From: Lama glama
Taxonomy: Eukaryota
NCBI GenBank assembly: GCA_028534125.1
Contig: CM052816.1
Coordinates: 20,586,001-20,646,000, forward strand
DNA length: 60,000 nt
Direction: 5' to 3'
Part shown: positions 1 to 12,716 of the stretch, in pieces
Layout of the letters: every line of letters starts with the position of its first letter
Numbering within the stretch: the first letter of the stretch is position 1
Program-made: the position numbers and the translations under genes
The notes under the pieces: model-generated
Seen by the model: only the letters and a program-made list of their open reading frames with translations
Told to the model about the DNA's origin: nothing
Databases searched by the model: none

Positions 1-1283
1 TCTCCCTTGCGTAATACTTCCGCTGCTCTGGCAGGTGAATACGCAGTCTAGGGGACCTGGAGGGCCCATCCACTCTGGAGGAGGAAAGCCCCAGCTGAAG
101 GCCACCCTGGCACTCCCCTAGCCACCCATCCTGGTCTGTGCTGGGAGGGAGCCGTCTGTCCCTGGCAGCTGGTGTCTTAGAGACTCTCCAGGTGGGGTCG
201 ACTGGCTGCTGGGTAATGCACTTCCCCCTAGAAGCCCTGGATGGAGGGCCTGGCTGAGACGTGGCGCCCCAGGACTCTATCAGACACCAGGGCAGGCAAA
301 GCCGATGGGGTGGCAGCCCACCCACAGGTGACTGGGACGAGGCTGGACCTTCACTCCAAGGCCACAGCTGCTCGGGGTGGTGATCTGATGGAGCCTACCT
401 GGACCCAGACCTGTCCCTCACGTGGATGTCCCCACGGGTTAATCCTCACCCAGCAAGGCCTTTTAGCTGCCAGCTACCCCTCCCCTTCTCTGTTGTTTAA
501 GGGTAGATGGTGCTTCCCATGTCAGAAGAAAGCAGACTTAATCTTGAATGTGCAAACTAAATGGGATCAGAACCAGATCTGCATGGCTGGGTCGTCAGAC
601 GCGGCCTTTTGAGAGGAGCTGTGTGCCAGGCGCAAGGCCTGTTTTCTCCCATGTGCTATTCGGGCCCAGCTCTGGGCGGCTTTCCCGCTCTGCAGTTCCG
701 TGTTAAGCTCAGTGGCAGTAGTGGGAGATGGTGGGGGTTGAACTGGGACTACAGGCAATCAGACATCTTGCCCTTCTTCCTGGGGGCCGAGGAGGGGGAT
801 GCTGTGGGCTCAGTGGAGTAAGGGAAGGGACCATATGAGACCTCAGTGTGGACATGCCCACCCAGTGCCCTGCAGAAGCCCCTTCATCACCTGCGCCACT
901 GCCCAGTCCCGAGAGCCCACAGGCTAAAGAGAAGGGAAACCAGGCCCCAGGAGCTCCAACGCACTAGTTCATGCCTGGCCAGGGCGTAGACAGGGCAGCA
1001 GCTGCGGGCAGACAGGGCTCCAGCAAGGGACAGAAAATCCAAGTGCATAAAGCGTAGACCTTTCTGGATTACCCAGAGTGGGGCAGAGTGTGAACTGAGC
1101 CCAAGCAGGAGTGAAAGTAGAGGACCAGTGTGGTCCCCAAAGAAGGAGACCTGGCTGCAGCTGGGTCAGGTGCTGGAGCGTCAGTGGCGGGCGTCGGTGG
1201 TGGGAATGGAGAAGCAGGGGCTGGCCAGTTGTGCTCAGCACGTCTCACCGCCCTGGCAGTCTGGTGGGCAAGCCCTCCCACGG

Positions 1284-1638
1284 GGCTTAGTCAGCTGGGC
1301 TCCTGTTAATAAAACACCACAGGCTGGGCAGCTTATAAACAACTGACATTTATTTCTCACACTCTGGAGGCTGGGAGTCCGAGATCAGGATTCCCGGTGA
1401 TCGGGTTCTGGTGCGGACCCTCTTCCAGGTGGCTGACTGCCAGCCTTGCACTGTGTCCACCCAGGGTTTGGAAGGGGCTGGGGGCTGTCTCAGGCCCCTT
1501 TTGTAAGGGCAGTGACGCCATTCATGAGGGCTGTGCTCTCGTGACCTAATTACTCCCTGCACGCCCCACTTCCTAATACCGTCACCTTGGGGTTGTTTCA
1601 ACATAGACATTTGGGAAGGACACTTTCGTACCGTAGCA
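1284..1638 (-). mobile_element. MaLR solo LTR, MLT1A/MLT1A0-like
   Basis: The reverse strand starts TGCTACGG... and contains ATGTTGAAACAACCCCAAGGTGACGGTATTAGGAAGTGGGG, CCCTCATGAATGG and CCCAGCCTCCAGAGTGTGAGAAATAAATG...GTTTATAAGC, diagnostic of MLT1A-type LTRs. Confidence 0.9.
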
Positions 1639-4039
1639 GGGGCTATGGACAAGATGATCTCTACCTGTCTGTCTATCTTAATGTTTTCCTTTTCATTTCT
1701 ATCTTCCTTTCAGTTGTTCAGTCAGTTAAGAAACACTGTAAGGAGCTGGGGATGGAGAGTCCCCAGCACAGACACGGTTCCCCTCCACCCACTCCGGTCT
1801 GACAGCTGCAGCTCAGCACAGGTGTCTGGAGGGAAGGAGGGGTGCTGGAGGAGCGTGCAACAGGAACCTAATCCCCAAATGGAGATTTACGGAAAGTGAG
1901 AAGCGGTCTCAGATGACGTGATGCGTAAACTGAAAGGCTAAGAAGGGAGAGGAGACTGTTCTGAGCAGAGGATGGACAGACAAGCAAAAGCCAGGGCAGA
2001 GAGAGCCCCATACAGAGTGGGGTTTGCTGCAGGTGCTGAAGTCTGGGCGAAACGTGGCACAAGGGGCGGAGTCAGGATGGAGTCTCTGTGAGTCTGGAGG
2101 GCCTCGTGGCAGGAACTGACCTACCAGTGCTGGGGCCCTCAGAGCACCAGGCTGAGCCCACAAGGGCGCTGGCCTAGGAGGGTGGAATTCCTTAACTAAG
2201 GGGACCTTGGGCACCACGGACCATCCCCTCACCAAGTACAGGTACTCAGGTCAGAGAATATCATCAGAAAAGCCTAACATCCTCTGTGTCCAGCAGGATG
2301 GGTCTGAAGGGCTCGCCGCCTGCCTGGTTTCAAGGAGCAGATACAGTAGCAGAAGGGGTTGGGGACTTCGAAAAGTGTGAGTGAGTTGCCCCAGCACCAG
2401 AGAGCGTGAGAAGTCTGTTCAAGCCTGGATGTTTGGAACATTTGGGCTTTCCTTTCCCAGGTGGGAATCCTTAATGTTGCCATTTCCTCTTTGAGGCACA
2501 TTAGAGGAACCAACCTCCCCTTATCACTTTCTTGGACCTGGAAGAATCTTAGATCACAACAGTTGGATACTTTTGGACCATGAGTGAATTTAAATTCCAC
2601 ATTTAACTCCACCACCACGTTTGATTTCTAATTAGAATGTCACACTTACCTTATGAACATGAGGTGTTATGTGGCAAACCTTCTGCAAGGGAGGTTGGGG
2701 AAGGGCGGAAAGATAGGTGGTCCATATGGAACAAGCATGGTATTTCCGCAGGTGGATTTAGAGATAACGGTTCTCTGATAAAGTGAATCTTCAAAAATAC
2801 TCTTTAAAAACATCATATTTGACTTAATGTGCTTTTTTCTTGTTTAATAAAACAGGCAGGGTACCTGTTGTTGCTTTACAGAAGGTACTAAGTGTGCAGT
2901 TGTACATGACAAGAAGGCTTAAGGTCTGAAGCCTGGAGATTCTGGCGGGATTGGCTTAATGGTCTCCTGCGACTTAACCAGTGAGTGGTTTTTGTCTTGG
3001 TGACTGTGAAAATCCGGTTGAGCCTATCTGTCTCAGGAGAAGAAAGGGCATGAATTTTGGGGTCCTTTGACTGGGAGTCATTTACACAGATGCCTCTATG
3101 TTTTTTCTTCTTACTTCCACCAGAGTTCAAGGTGATGTACCATTGCATGAGAGCTTTTTGAAAGATAAATCAAAGAATGACACCCGTGCTATATTGTACT
3201 GGTTTTGCTAACCATGCTTTTTTTGACTCTGGCCAAAAACAGATGAGGATTTTTTTTCCCTTAATCTTGATAAATAAAGGTAGATAAAAAGCATCAACAT
3301 CACATCTCTCAAGAAAACCCACAGAAGAGGATGTTCAATAAAACTGGATCTGACTCCAGGCTGGCCCAGACTATTTAGCATCTTTCATTCTAGTGATGTA
3401 ATGGCAAGATATCTCAACTGTACATTAGCAACAAAGATAAGTGATTGGGAACTGAAAGAGATGCTTGTGCTATCAGTTTGCAGTCTTGTTGCATCTTCTT
3501 GTAACCACATAGAGGGAGAAGGACAGCTGAGATTTTGCTGCGCCGTGATGTACAGCTGCCCTTAAGCTATTAGCCACGAGGAGGTTATTGCCACCTCAGA
3601 TCGTCTAATGAGACTGTTGCATGGAGATGCCTCCTCATTCCTCCTGGAGGATGCTGTGTGGCCCTGCCTCCGATGTGCCTGGCTAGTGCTTGTTGGAATT
3701 TCAGATCCAGGGAATGAGACTCCTGTGGGTTCTGTGAGACAGAGGGAGGGCAGGTCTCTGTCCCCATGGGCCCAGCTTCTCACCATCAGGGGCATGATGC
3801 CAGCAGCTCACTGGTTGACCAGGGTGGCTGCCCACACCCATTCAGAGACATGCTGCTCCATCCTAGAGTATCCCCCTTCCCACCTGCCAGCCTGGACTGA
3901 AACCCATACATGAGAGAAGCTGGGCTCACCAGATAGATGGTGACTTTTACTAATGCTGCTGTGAGCATAGATTGGAATTGCCCAGCCTGAGCCCGGCCAC
4001 TCTGGAACATGCCTGTGAGAGGGTGGGAGGCAACATCAT

Positions 4040-4170
4040 AGGCTGCGAGTCAGCAACTGGGTTCCTTAGTCCTAAACTTGCCACCAGCCATCTCTGTGTC
4101 CTGGTATAAGTGACTCAAATTTCCCTGGACCTTTTCCTGGGTCTCGTGTCCCTGTCTGTCACAGATGCTT
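4040..4170 (+). mobile_element. MIR SINE fragment (degenerate)
   Basis: gagtcagcaactgggttcc...gccaccagccatctctgtgtcctggtataagtgactcaa resembles the MIR core. Confidence 0.45.
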
Positions 4171-5929
4171 GCCTCAGGCCTCCCACTCAGTTCTCTGTCC
4201 CTCGCCTATCCTCCATGGTGATGGCTTATCAACCTATGATGCTCCCTTCTTCCACCCCATCTGTTTCCCACCTGCAGAGCTCTGCTCTCCGAGAACTGTC
4301 TGTCAGTCCTTAGAGTGTCTGAACAAGTCATTTATGCTTAAAATGAGTAGATAGACATCTGACTCCTCCCAGGGGTCTGAGCCCTCATGAGAACAGTTCT
4401 TACCACTGAGGGAGTGAATTCCTAATGAGGAGAATTCCACCACTGAGGGTGCCAGCCGTGGGGGTGGGTGGAGCTGGGCCGAACATGTGCATACCCTGGA
4501 CCTAGCCCCCTTCCACAGAGCCTTCCACATGGCACGGCGCGCTCTGCCCACATGCGGCCCAGGCCTGCCACACCACCAGGCACAGGCCATCTTTGGACAG
4601 TGACACCATCTTTCCAGCCCTAGATTCCAGTGCCAGAGCTGGAACATCTCTCATTCTAGACCTTGTTGCAGAGACAAGGTGGGTACAGCCCCATGAAGAA
4701 AGGGAGCTGCCCCAGGTGTCCCGGGGTCAGCACCTGAAGATTCCTGAAGCGGCACCAGAGGCCAGTGCTCTGCTTCCTCTGACTTGTAACTCCTGGTAAT
4801 CCTGAACGATTGATATTTTAGCGGTGGAGAGGACAGCCAACCTGCCACCTGACAACAGGATAAAAATGTTAACCTGTGATATCAATCGTCAGTCCACCCA
4901 GAGCTCTGAAATAACCTGTACTGATTTAAGGTAGAAACACACAGCCCCGAGAGTAACCAGATACTGGCAGATCTGGGCCTGGTCATGTCATGAGGCTTCT
5001 AAAAAGGATGTCTTATTTAAATGCAACAGGTAATAGACTGAAAGGGCTCACGGAGTTCTTGGCGGGGGGAGCTTCTAGACACTCTTGTTCCTCTCTCATC
5101 ATCTGCCCCCACCCAACCCCTAACATGGCCCAAACCTCCCGGACATCCGCAAAGGCTGGGAATAGAGTCCCAGCAACAGCATCGCTCTGCCCCCGGGCTC
5201 TGACCCCAGGCCCCCAGGGAGTGCTCTTTGCCGTTTCCCTGTCCAGGCTTTCTTCTTGTTACCAGTTGGTGGAGTAGGCGACACAGTGTGAGCTCACAGG
5301 TTCATGACTTATTATCTCTGCTGACTACCACCAGAGTGGGCAGGAGAAATAAAAATGGTGCATCGGATTCCAACAGCCCTTGAGCATCTACACTCATCTG
5401 AGCCTTTCACAGTTAATACAAACCATTTCTCATAAACCACAGTCTTTGCCTGCAGCCCAAATACTTCCCTAACTCCTCTTCAGACCTTCCCCAAAGGTGG
5501 AGCTAACTAGACCAGTTCTGTTCATCCTGTACATCTCATGCAGTTAATTTGCATGTGGTTTTTCCTCCTTATAATGCCATGCTCATGAGGGGTGAGCCCT
5601 GTTGTCAGAACACTCAGGATAATGAATTTACAATTCTGCCTTCACTGAAAACTTGCCTTAGTCAAATTCCCTCTGTGTTCCTTACTCATGCCACATTTGT
5701 GATCCTATGAAGGCAAAAATTGTGCAGTTTCTCCCACATCTACCTCTTTCCTCACTTCCAGTATCTATTTCTCCACATCGTCTTAGTGACCTGTATGTCT
5801 GTCCCTGATTTCAAGGACTTCATGGATTCTTTTCTGTTTACAACCCCTAATATATTTCTTTCCACAAACACAATATATTCTCCTGACTAATACTGCCTAG
5901 TCCATAGACATGTCCTGGAAAGGGTTTTG

Positions 5930-6620
5930 AAATAACATACACAAATTCTACTAGCATCCTGGGGGAAAAAAGCAAATCAATTCGTGACTCTTGTCTGTTA
6001 ATACTGGATACCAGAGGATCCTGGAGCAGTAGCTAGAGTTTTAAGGGCAAATGATTATGATCCAGGAATTTTGTACCCTGCCCAACTGTTGTTCATGTGT
6101 GAAGGCAAGAGAAAGACTTTCTCAGATATATGGTTCAAAAGCATGTGACATCTTCCTGCTTTTTCATACTAAAAAAAAAAAAAAAGTACTTTAAAGTACT
6201 CTACCCCATTGATAAATGAATCAAAATAAATATCCAGAAAGACAAATTGTGTCATGAAAGAATGGGCCATGAGATTCCAAATGAGTTAATTACAGAATTA
6301 AGTATATATAATTAGAGCAATATATTAAAATTCATTAATAATAAGAGAGAGGGAAGAAATGGAGGGGGAAGGAGGAAGGGAAGGAAGAATGAAAGAAAGA
6401 AAGGAGGAAAACTCAGCCTATTGAGTGGAATAATGGAAAAATAATAACAGGAAAAGGACAAAGCAAAGGAACATTAATAACAGAAATAATGAAGAAAGAT
6501 TTTAAAGAACAGCTTCCCAAAGAAAAGGCAAAGATTTCTAAATTGACGATCTCCTCCACCAAAAAAAACCTCATAGCCTGACTACACACTGTTTGCACTG
6601 AATGTTGGTTAATAAATATT
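5930..6620 (+). mobile_element. Ancient L1M/HAL1 ORF1-region fragments
   Basis: atactggataccagagg...ccaggaattttgtaccctgcccaactgttgttcatgtgtgaaggcaagagaaagactttctcaga matches the L1 ORF1 C-terminal coding region (RILYPAKL-like); A-rich sense strand. Confidence 0.6.
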
Positions 6621-6894
6621 CTTGCCTCAAGCTCTAATCTTGGAGATTTAGTCTTAGACAATTTTCTCTTCTGATTCTGTATTCTCAAGTTGCCTCATCC
6701 ATGCTCCAAGTTTCGAGTACCACCCAGGTGCAGTGACTCACCTTTATAGCTCCTCCTTAGACCTCTGCTCTGGTATCCAGGCCCAGAAGTCCAGCTTCCT
6801 GTTTGGCACATGCACTTGCTTGTCTCACGGGCAGCTCAAACTCAAACTGTCCAAATCTAAACTCATAGTCTTTACCCATCCCCAAGCCTCCTGC

Positions 6895-6932
6895 CAAAAC
6901 AAAAACAAAAACAAAAACAAAAACAAAAAAAA
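6895..6932. repeat. (AAAAAC)n simple repeat
   Basis: caaaacaaaaacaaaaacaaaaacaaaaacaaaaaaaa seen directly. Confidence 0.95.
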
Positions 6933-7277
6933 CACACCTCAGTCAGCTTTTATATGTCAGTAAATGAGACCACCAACTGTGCGTTTACAGAAGCCAATGA
7001 TCTGGGAGCCATCTCCATACCTTTTTCTCTTATAGCTATCTGATCACTCCATCACCACATCTGTTTGGCTCTACATCCTATATGTATCTCAAACCCACCC
7101 ACTTCTCTCCATCTCCACTACAACCATTCTGATTCAAAGTACAGCATTTCTTAACCAGACTCTCATAATCACATCCTAACCAATCTCCCTATATCCTCTC
7201 TTGCTCTCTTGAAATCTGTTTTCCACACATATACCAGAGTGATTTCTTTTCAAAATGCAATTGGTGATTATGTCAAT

Positions 7278-7459
7278 CAGTTATGTGCCACTAAAAGGGG
7301 GAAAAGACCTGATATGTAGCACTTGCCAATTTCTGTGGTGTAAATATCACCAGCACGGGTGATTTCAAGTGACCGGTTCAGTGATGTCACTGAACACAGA
7401 GTTGGGAAGAGATGTGCCCAGTTCTGCTCTTGTGTGCAGAAGTCTGCAGCACATCACTG
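7278..7459 (-). mobile_element. MER63A-like hAT (Blackjack) MITE inserted in L2
   Basis: Terminal inverted repeats cagttatgtgc / gcacatcactg (10 of 11 complementary). Internal ttgccaatttctgtggtgtaaata and tcactgaacacagagttgggaagagatgtgc match the MER63 consensus. Confidence 0.85.
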
Positions 7460-8099
7460 CCTGTAAACCCTTTGCTTAAAACTCTTTAATGACTTTTCAT
7501 TGCTTCTAGTACAAAGGCTTAAATCCTCAGCAGAATTTAAAAGGTGCTTCATGGTCAGACTCCACTGACCTTTTCAACTTCAACTCATACCATATTCTCC
7601 TGGTTCTCGGCACCTAGCCCCACTTGCTGGCAACAGGCTCTTTCCTGCCACAAGATCATTATCTGTCTGGAAGTCTCCCAGTGCCCACCTCCCAATCTGG
7701 TTAACAAAACATCCTCTAGGGCTGAGCCTAAATGTCTCTCCCTCAGGAAAGCCTTTCCTCAGCACTCCCCCAAACCAAATGAAGTCAGTCCTTTATAAAC
7801 TTTTGTAGCACTTAGCAGCTCATACTGCCATATGCCGTAAAACATACACCACTGTTGTAATTTTACATACATCTGGGAAATCATCGATTGACTGATGTCT
7901 TTCATACTGTGCTTTAATTTCTATGAGGGTAAGCTCCATATTTGTTTTATGATCACCATTGTATTCCTTAGTGCCTAACACTTGGCACATAGGAAGTATT
8001 CGATGCATTTTTGACGAATAAAAATATGAAAAGGCAGACAATGAAAATCAAGTGGCACAAGGAGGTTAAAGGAAAAAGAGGAGGCAAGTATCTATTAGT

Positions 8100-8440
8100 C
8101 AAAAACACAGAAAAGGAAAGGTAGCAATTTTATAGACCAAGCAGAATTCAAGGTAAAAACATTAAATGAGAACAAAGGAGGTTGTCTGATAGTGATAAAA
8201 TCTGTAATGAAGATGCTGTGGTCAAGGAGCTTTATGTACCAAATAACATCAGCCTAACATTAATGCTAGAAACAGAAGGAAAGGGAAGAGCTGTAGTGTG
8301 AGGCTTTGACAGACCAACGGAGCTGAACAGAAGGGCAAGGAGCAAGCCTTACATACAGAATACTAACATAAAGACAGATTTCAGAACTGTAAGAAGGGAT
8401 AGGTTCTTTTCAGATGCTGCTGGGATAAATGAGTGTTTGT
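8100..8440 (+). mobile_element. Ancient L1 ORF2 endonuclease-region fragment
   Basis: gtagcaattttatagaccaagcagaattcaaggtaaaaacattaaatgagaacaaaggagg...tttatgtaccaaataaca corresponds to the VAIL..DK..F / NIYAPN region of L1 EN, heavily decayed. Confidence 0.6.
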
Positions 8441-8529
8441 TTTTAAAAAGTAGGATTGCTCCATGATTCCAGTAAGAGAAAATGGCTCTTGTAAAGCTTG
8501 CCCCAAAACACTCTTATAGGATCCTAACA

Positions 8530-8715
8530 ATCACAACAGGAAAAGGGTTCTATAGTCAGATAGATCTGGGAAGCATCATGTTAAGCCAAGGTCAGCAGGT
8601 TTCTTTATTGCCAACTTTTCACAATCTTTTTTGCTTCTATGAACTAGATCATTTCAAGAGAGAGCTAGAGTACATACTGTTCCCTGAATTACTTGACCAC
8701 AGAACATTTCACATT
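8530..8715. mobile_element. Non-autonomous hAT-Charlie-type DNA transposon fragment
   Basis: Inverted subterminal motifs gttctatagtcagatagatctggga ... ttccctgaattacttgaccacagaac are typical of Charlie-family MITEs. Confidence 0.5.
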
Positions 8716-9016
8716 TCATGAGATTGATGCTTCATGCTCTGCAAAAAAATTGTAAAATAAATATACATATGCTTTTATCCAGATGAATGAGGCTGTCCTA
8801 AACCAAACAAAAGGGGAAGACGTATGAGGGGAATGGTTGGTATATTTGATGACATATAATCTTTAGGCTTCTGAATAGCATAAAGCAAATGAAAAACCAA
8901 AGGGAAAAAAGTAGCTGGAGTTAGGAATGACTTTACTGTACGAAGAGTTCTTAGAGATCAATTTAAAAAGATCTCCATCCAAATAGCCAAGTTGGTGAAG
9001 AGCATGGATGGAAAGT

Positions 9017-9039
9017 ACACACACACACACACACACACA
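9017..9039. repeat. (AC)11 microsatellite
   Basis: Seen directly. Confidence 0.97.
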
Positions 9040-9049
9040 TTCACTTCCA

Positions 9050-9690
9050 TCCACCAAATGTGCATGATCATTAAGTACTAGAGAGATGATTAACCTCACC
9101 AATTATCAAAATAAGGCAAATTAAAACAGCATAATACATTTTTTTGCCTATTAAGTTGACTGTTTTGAATGATGAAATTCGGTTTCAGCAAGATAAAGTG
9201 CAATAGGCGCTATCAAATACAGCCAATGAGAATATAAAACGATACCACCTCTCTTGCAAGTAATTTGTCAGTACCTGTTTATCAAGTCTCTTTTTCAAAA
9301 TGCCTTTGCTACAGTAATTCCACTTCAGGCAATTTATCACAAGGAAAGAAAATCAGAGATTGCCTAAAGATTTATGTATGGGGATGTTGACTGTAGCTTT
9401 GTTTATAATAGCAGAAATATTGGAAGCAGCCCAAATGTCAAGCAGTGACTGGTTAGAGAAATTATGGTATGCCCTATATGATGAGATATTATGCAGCCAT
9501 TAAAAATTATGACTTGTAGAAATACTCACAAAAAGAACGTTAAGTTGAAAAGCGTGATGTAAAACTATATCCAGCTTCCAATTTTATAAAAATATATCTG
9601 TATGTTTATGTAACTGGGATATACTAGGGTGAAATATACTAAAATGTTGAGTTACTCTCTCTGAAGAACATTGCATTTATTTTATAACCA
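9050..9690 (+). mobile_element. L1ME-type LINE, ORF2 end and 3' UTR
   Basis: gcaaattaaaacagc...cagtaattccacttcaggcaatttatc...gctttgtttataatagcagaaatattggaagcagcccaaatgtc...tatgcagccattaaaaat. Confidence 0.8.
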
Positions 9691-10430
9691 TCCCCCACAT
9701 CTTCACATGGCATCCATCAACCAACTTTTATCAGCTGTACTTCCAGAACTCATCCTGAGTCTTGCAGACCTGCTCCATCCCCTCTACAGTGCCCTGGTCA
9801 GAGCCAACATCATCTTTCACCTTGACAAATAACAGCAGCCTCTCATTGGCCTCCCTCCCTTCCTCCCCCATGCCCTGTTATAGGCCAGTCTCCATGCGGT
9901 AGCCGGAGTAATGTTTCCAATGTAAATCAGATCGCATTACCTCCTGCTTAAAACTCTCCAGGGTTTTCCCATCACACCTTGAGTAAAACCCAAAGCTCTT
10001 TCCTTTACCAAGGCCAGAGGCCCCTAGGGATCCCAGCCTGCCTCTCTGACCTCATCTCCAGCTGCTCTCTTCTCCCACTGTGCTGTGGCCTCTCTGATCC
10101 CCGCTTTTCCCCTCACATCCCTGGCCTTGGACCAGCACCAGCTCTCCCTCTGCCTGGATGCTTCCGCCTGCCCTTTACGTAGTCGGTTCCTTCCTGTCAG
10201 GTGTCAGCTTAAATGTGATCTCCTCCAAGAGGCCTTCTGATCAAATCAGTGTATTTTAATTCTCTGCGTAGCATTCATTACCATCTAATATTTTTTCATG
10301 TGTCTGTTTCTTTGTGTATTGTCTAAACTTCCTCCACTAGAGTGTAAACTCCATCACAGCCTCCTGTATTGACTTAGAACCCTGCCTTAGTAGGCAGTAA
10401 ATGCTAGCTGAAGGTGTGAACTAAAAAATG
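9690..10430 (+). mobile_element. L2 LINE 3' portion
   Basis: aatgtaaatcagatcgcattacctcctgcttaaaactctccaggg, tcagcttaaatgtgatctcctcc, ccactagagtgtaaactcc. Confidence 0.85.
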
Positions 10431-11169
10431 AAACCAAAAATGTTTCATCACAATTGGAAAGGTTAAATCACAACAGGCTACTTGACCAACAATCTTCAAG
10501 ACAATGCTCTGTAAAATCTACAGGTTGGAAGGGCATCCCGCTAAAGAGTGGGAAATGCCTCCCCTCTCTAACCTCCCAGACCAGAAAATGACATTTATGT
10601 GGGTGGGCAGGTGGAATGGATTTGCAATGTCCCCTGCTTCAGAAGCAAATCACACTATTAGGCTTTTGCAGGTCTCTGGGGAACTTGTCCAGGTTTTGGT
10701 GAATTCCAATGAGCTCCAGTTTTAAACATGCAAGATTTCAACTCTGGCTTTCAACTCACTGAAAGAGAGAGCAGCTTAGATACTTGTTTGCCTCACAACG
10801 CCTGGAATTTCTCCTTCCCACTGTGACAGCCTGACAAGTCAGAGGCAGAGAATTCTATGGAGCCAGATGCCCTTTAATGAAATGGGCCCCAAGAAGCCTC
10901 CTCCCCTCTTTGTAAGCCCCTCTTTAGGACTGCTCATGGGGACTGGGCCATGACCTCACACGGCAAGGCATTAGAGCACATCCAAAAGTTGACACATTTA
11001 GTGTTTATGGTCTTGACTATATGGTAAGAGTCCCCAAAGGACACTGAATTGTCATGTTGCAGTGGAAAAAATTTGAATCAGTTATGATCCAAGGCTGTTT
11101 TGTGAAATTAGATCACTTAGCTAGTGAGTGGGCCTAGCCAGCCCCCCAGCACCCCCTCTCATAGCCGCT

Positions 11170-11310
11170 TCCGCTCCATATTGGAGTGTAAGGTCTTTAA
11201 GCAGCAGATTTCTGCCTATTTTGTTCCCTACTGAATCCCTCGTACCTAAAATATCACATGCACATAGCAGATGTTTAGTACTTAATGTCAAGTGAGTTAA
11301 CAAATGAGTG
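11170..11310 (+). mobile_element. L2 3' end fragment
   Basis: gtgtaaggtctttaagcagcagatttctgcctattttgttccctactgaatccctcgtacctaaaa...cacatagcagatgtttagta. Confidence 0.7.
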
Positions 11311-11604
11311 ATAGCCTTTATCCTCACTCATGGACCACTCCCTGTGTGCCTTGCCTGGTTCAATTCTCACAGCAACTTGAACTCTTAGTCCTCATACCAC
11401 CCCTATGAGGGGACTTTGCAGAGGCGAACCTGAGCACCTAGGTGCTGCGAATCTCTCATGCTGCACATGTGTCTTTGAAAGTTAGAGTTCATCTCCTTTG
11501 TAAGGCCCATCTGATCTTCATTGTGTGGGTAGATATTGTGGGAGAAGCAGGAATGTCATGGTGACGAGAACCTCTCTTTACTGGCTAACATGTTTGGGGA
11601 GGCC

Positions 11605-11820
11605 ATGTGTTATGGAAAAGCACTGGTTAGGGAATTATCGTATCTGGGTTCAAATTCCATTTTCTTCTCTAACCAGTATGAACTTGGAAAAATCACAACC
11701 TCTCTGAGCCTCAGTTTCCTCATATGTTAAAATATATGTGTATATATGTATACACATACATGTGTGTATGTGTGTGTGTATGTGTGTGTGTGTGTATGTG
11801 TGTGTGTGTGTATGTGTATA

Positions 11821-11853
<33 letters not shown>

Positions 11854-11920
11854 ATAAAATGGACCCGTCTTGCCCAGTTCATATGGGCTATGATGAGGCA
11901 CCAACGAGAGAAAAGAGATG
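11605..11920 (+). mobile_element. MIR SINE split by a microsatellite
   Basis: ctgggttcaaattcc...aatcacaacctctctgagcctcagtttcctcatatgttaaaat, resuming after the repeat as ataaaatggacc. Confidence 0.75.
11732..11855. repeat. Compound (TG/TA/CA)n alternating purine-pyrimidine microsatellite, ~120 bp
   Basis: Seen directly. Confidence 0.97.
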
Positions 11921-12224
11921 ATTGGATCTCTGTCAAATCCTCTGTTAGGTATTCTGTTCGGTGGAGTTAACTGTCAGTGAGATAAGTCCAACATTACTTG
12001 GCTCCGTTCGTGGGAGTTTGGTATCTGTCTTTAGATACCTGGGGAGATTTTGCATATAAATAAGTTATTCCATATAAAATGTTTCCAAGTGTCTTGCACA
12101 GACTAAGCACTTAATAAGTACTAGTGTTACTATTATGTTACTGGAAAGGCCTTCAAAAGTTCTTACTGGGCCCTGAACACCATTTTTATCTGTACCCAGG
12201 GAGACCTGTGAGCACTTATGTGGT

Positions 12225-12716
12225 TTTCATGTTACTCATAGTGGTGAAACAAATGACCACAAAACTTAGCAGCTTAAAAAACACAACCTGTGTATTACGT
12301 CTCACAGTCATGTAAGGAACGTGGTCAGGGCTCAGCTGGGTGTTTTGCTACTGCAGATGGCATTGGTGGGGTGCTCAGTGAATTCAGCTGCCAGTTGGGC
12401 TAGAATTGAGGGGCCTGGCCTGTGTCACACAAGGTACCATGTCTGGTACCTTGGCAGGGTCAACTGGACCCCTCTTCTCCCAAATCCATCCTGCAGATCG
12501 TCAGACTTCTTACAGGGTGGCCTGGGCTCCAGAGTGAGTGTTCCAAGACACCCTTGTGGAAGCTGCAAGGCTTCTCTGCCTCAGGAGTCCCGGTCATGTC
12601 CATCACACTCTACGGTCAAGCAAGTCACTAAGGACAGCCCAGACTTGAGGGGAGGGCAGTGAGACCCTGCCTCTCAGAGGCATTGGAGAATGTGTTGCCC
12701 TCTGTAATCTCCCACA
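12225..12716 (-). mobile_element. MaLR solo LTR, MLT1H/G-like
   Basis: aacaaatgaccacaaaacttagcagcttaaaaaacac...ctcacagt...cagggctcagctggg...ggtcaagcaagtcactaaggacagcccagac...aatctcccaca. Confidence 0.8.

Larger units (their letters stand above)
6730..8025 (+). mobile_element. L2 LINE 3' portion, interrupted by an (AAAAAC)n tract and a MER63 element
   Basis: ctcaaactcaaactgtccaaatctaaactc, cccacttctctccatctccact, cttaaaactctttaatgac and the L2 terminus gtgcctaacacttggcacataggaagtattcgatgcatttttgacgaataaaa. Confidence 0.85.

Noticed and set aside
2207..2228. REST/NRSE-like motif ttgggcaccacggaccat (also half sites near 16166, 20168 and 39011)
   Set aside because: Each lacks key positions of one half of the TTCAGCACCnnGGACAG consensus.
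6185..6200. 16-bp palindrome agtactttaaagtact after a poly(A) run
   Set aside because: AT-rich, inside an L1 remnant, and no supporting context.
11650..11970. HT- and CV-repeat ORFs
   Set aside because: Translations of the (TG/TA)n microsatellite.
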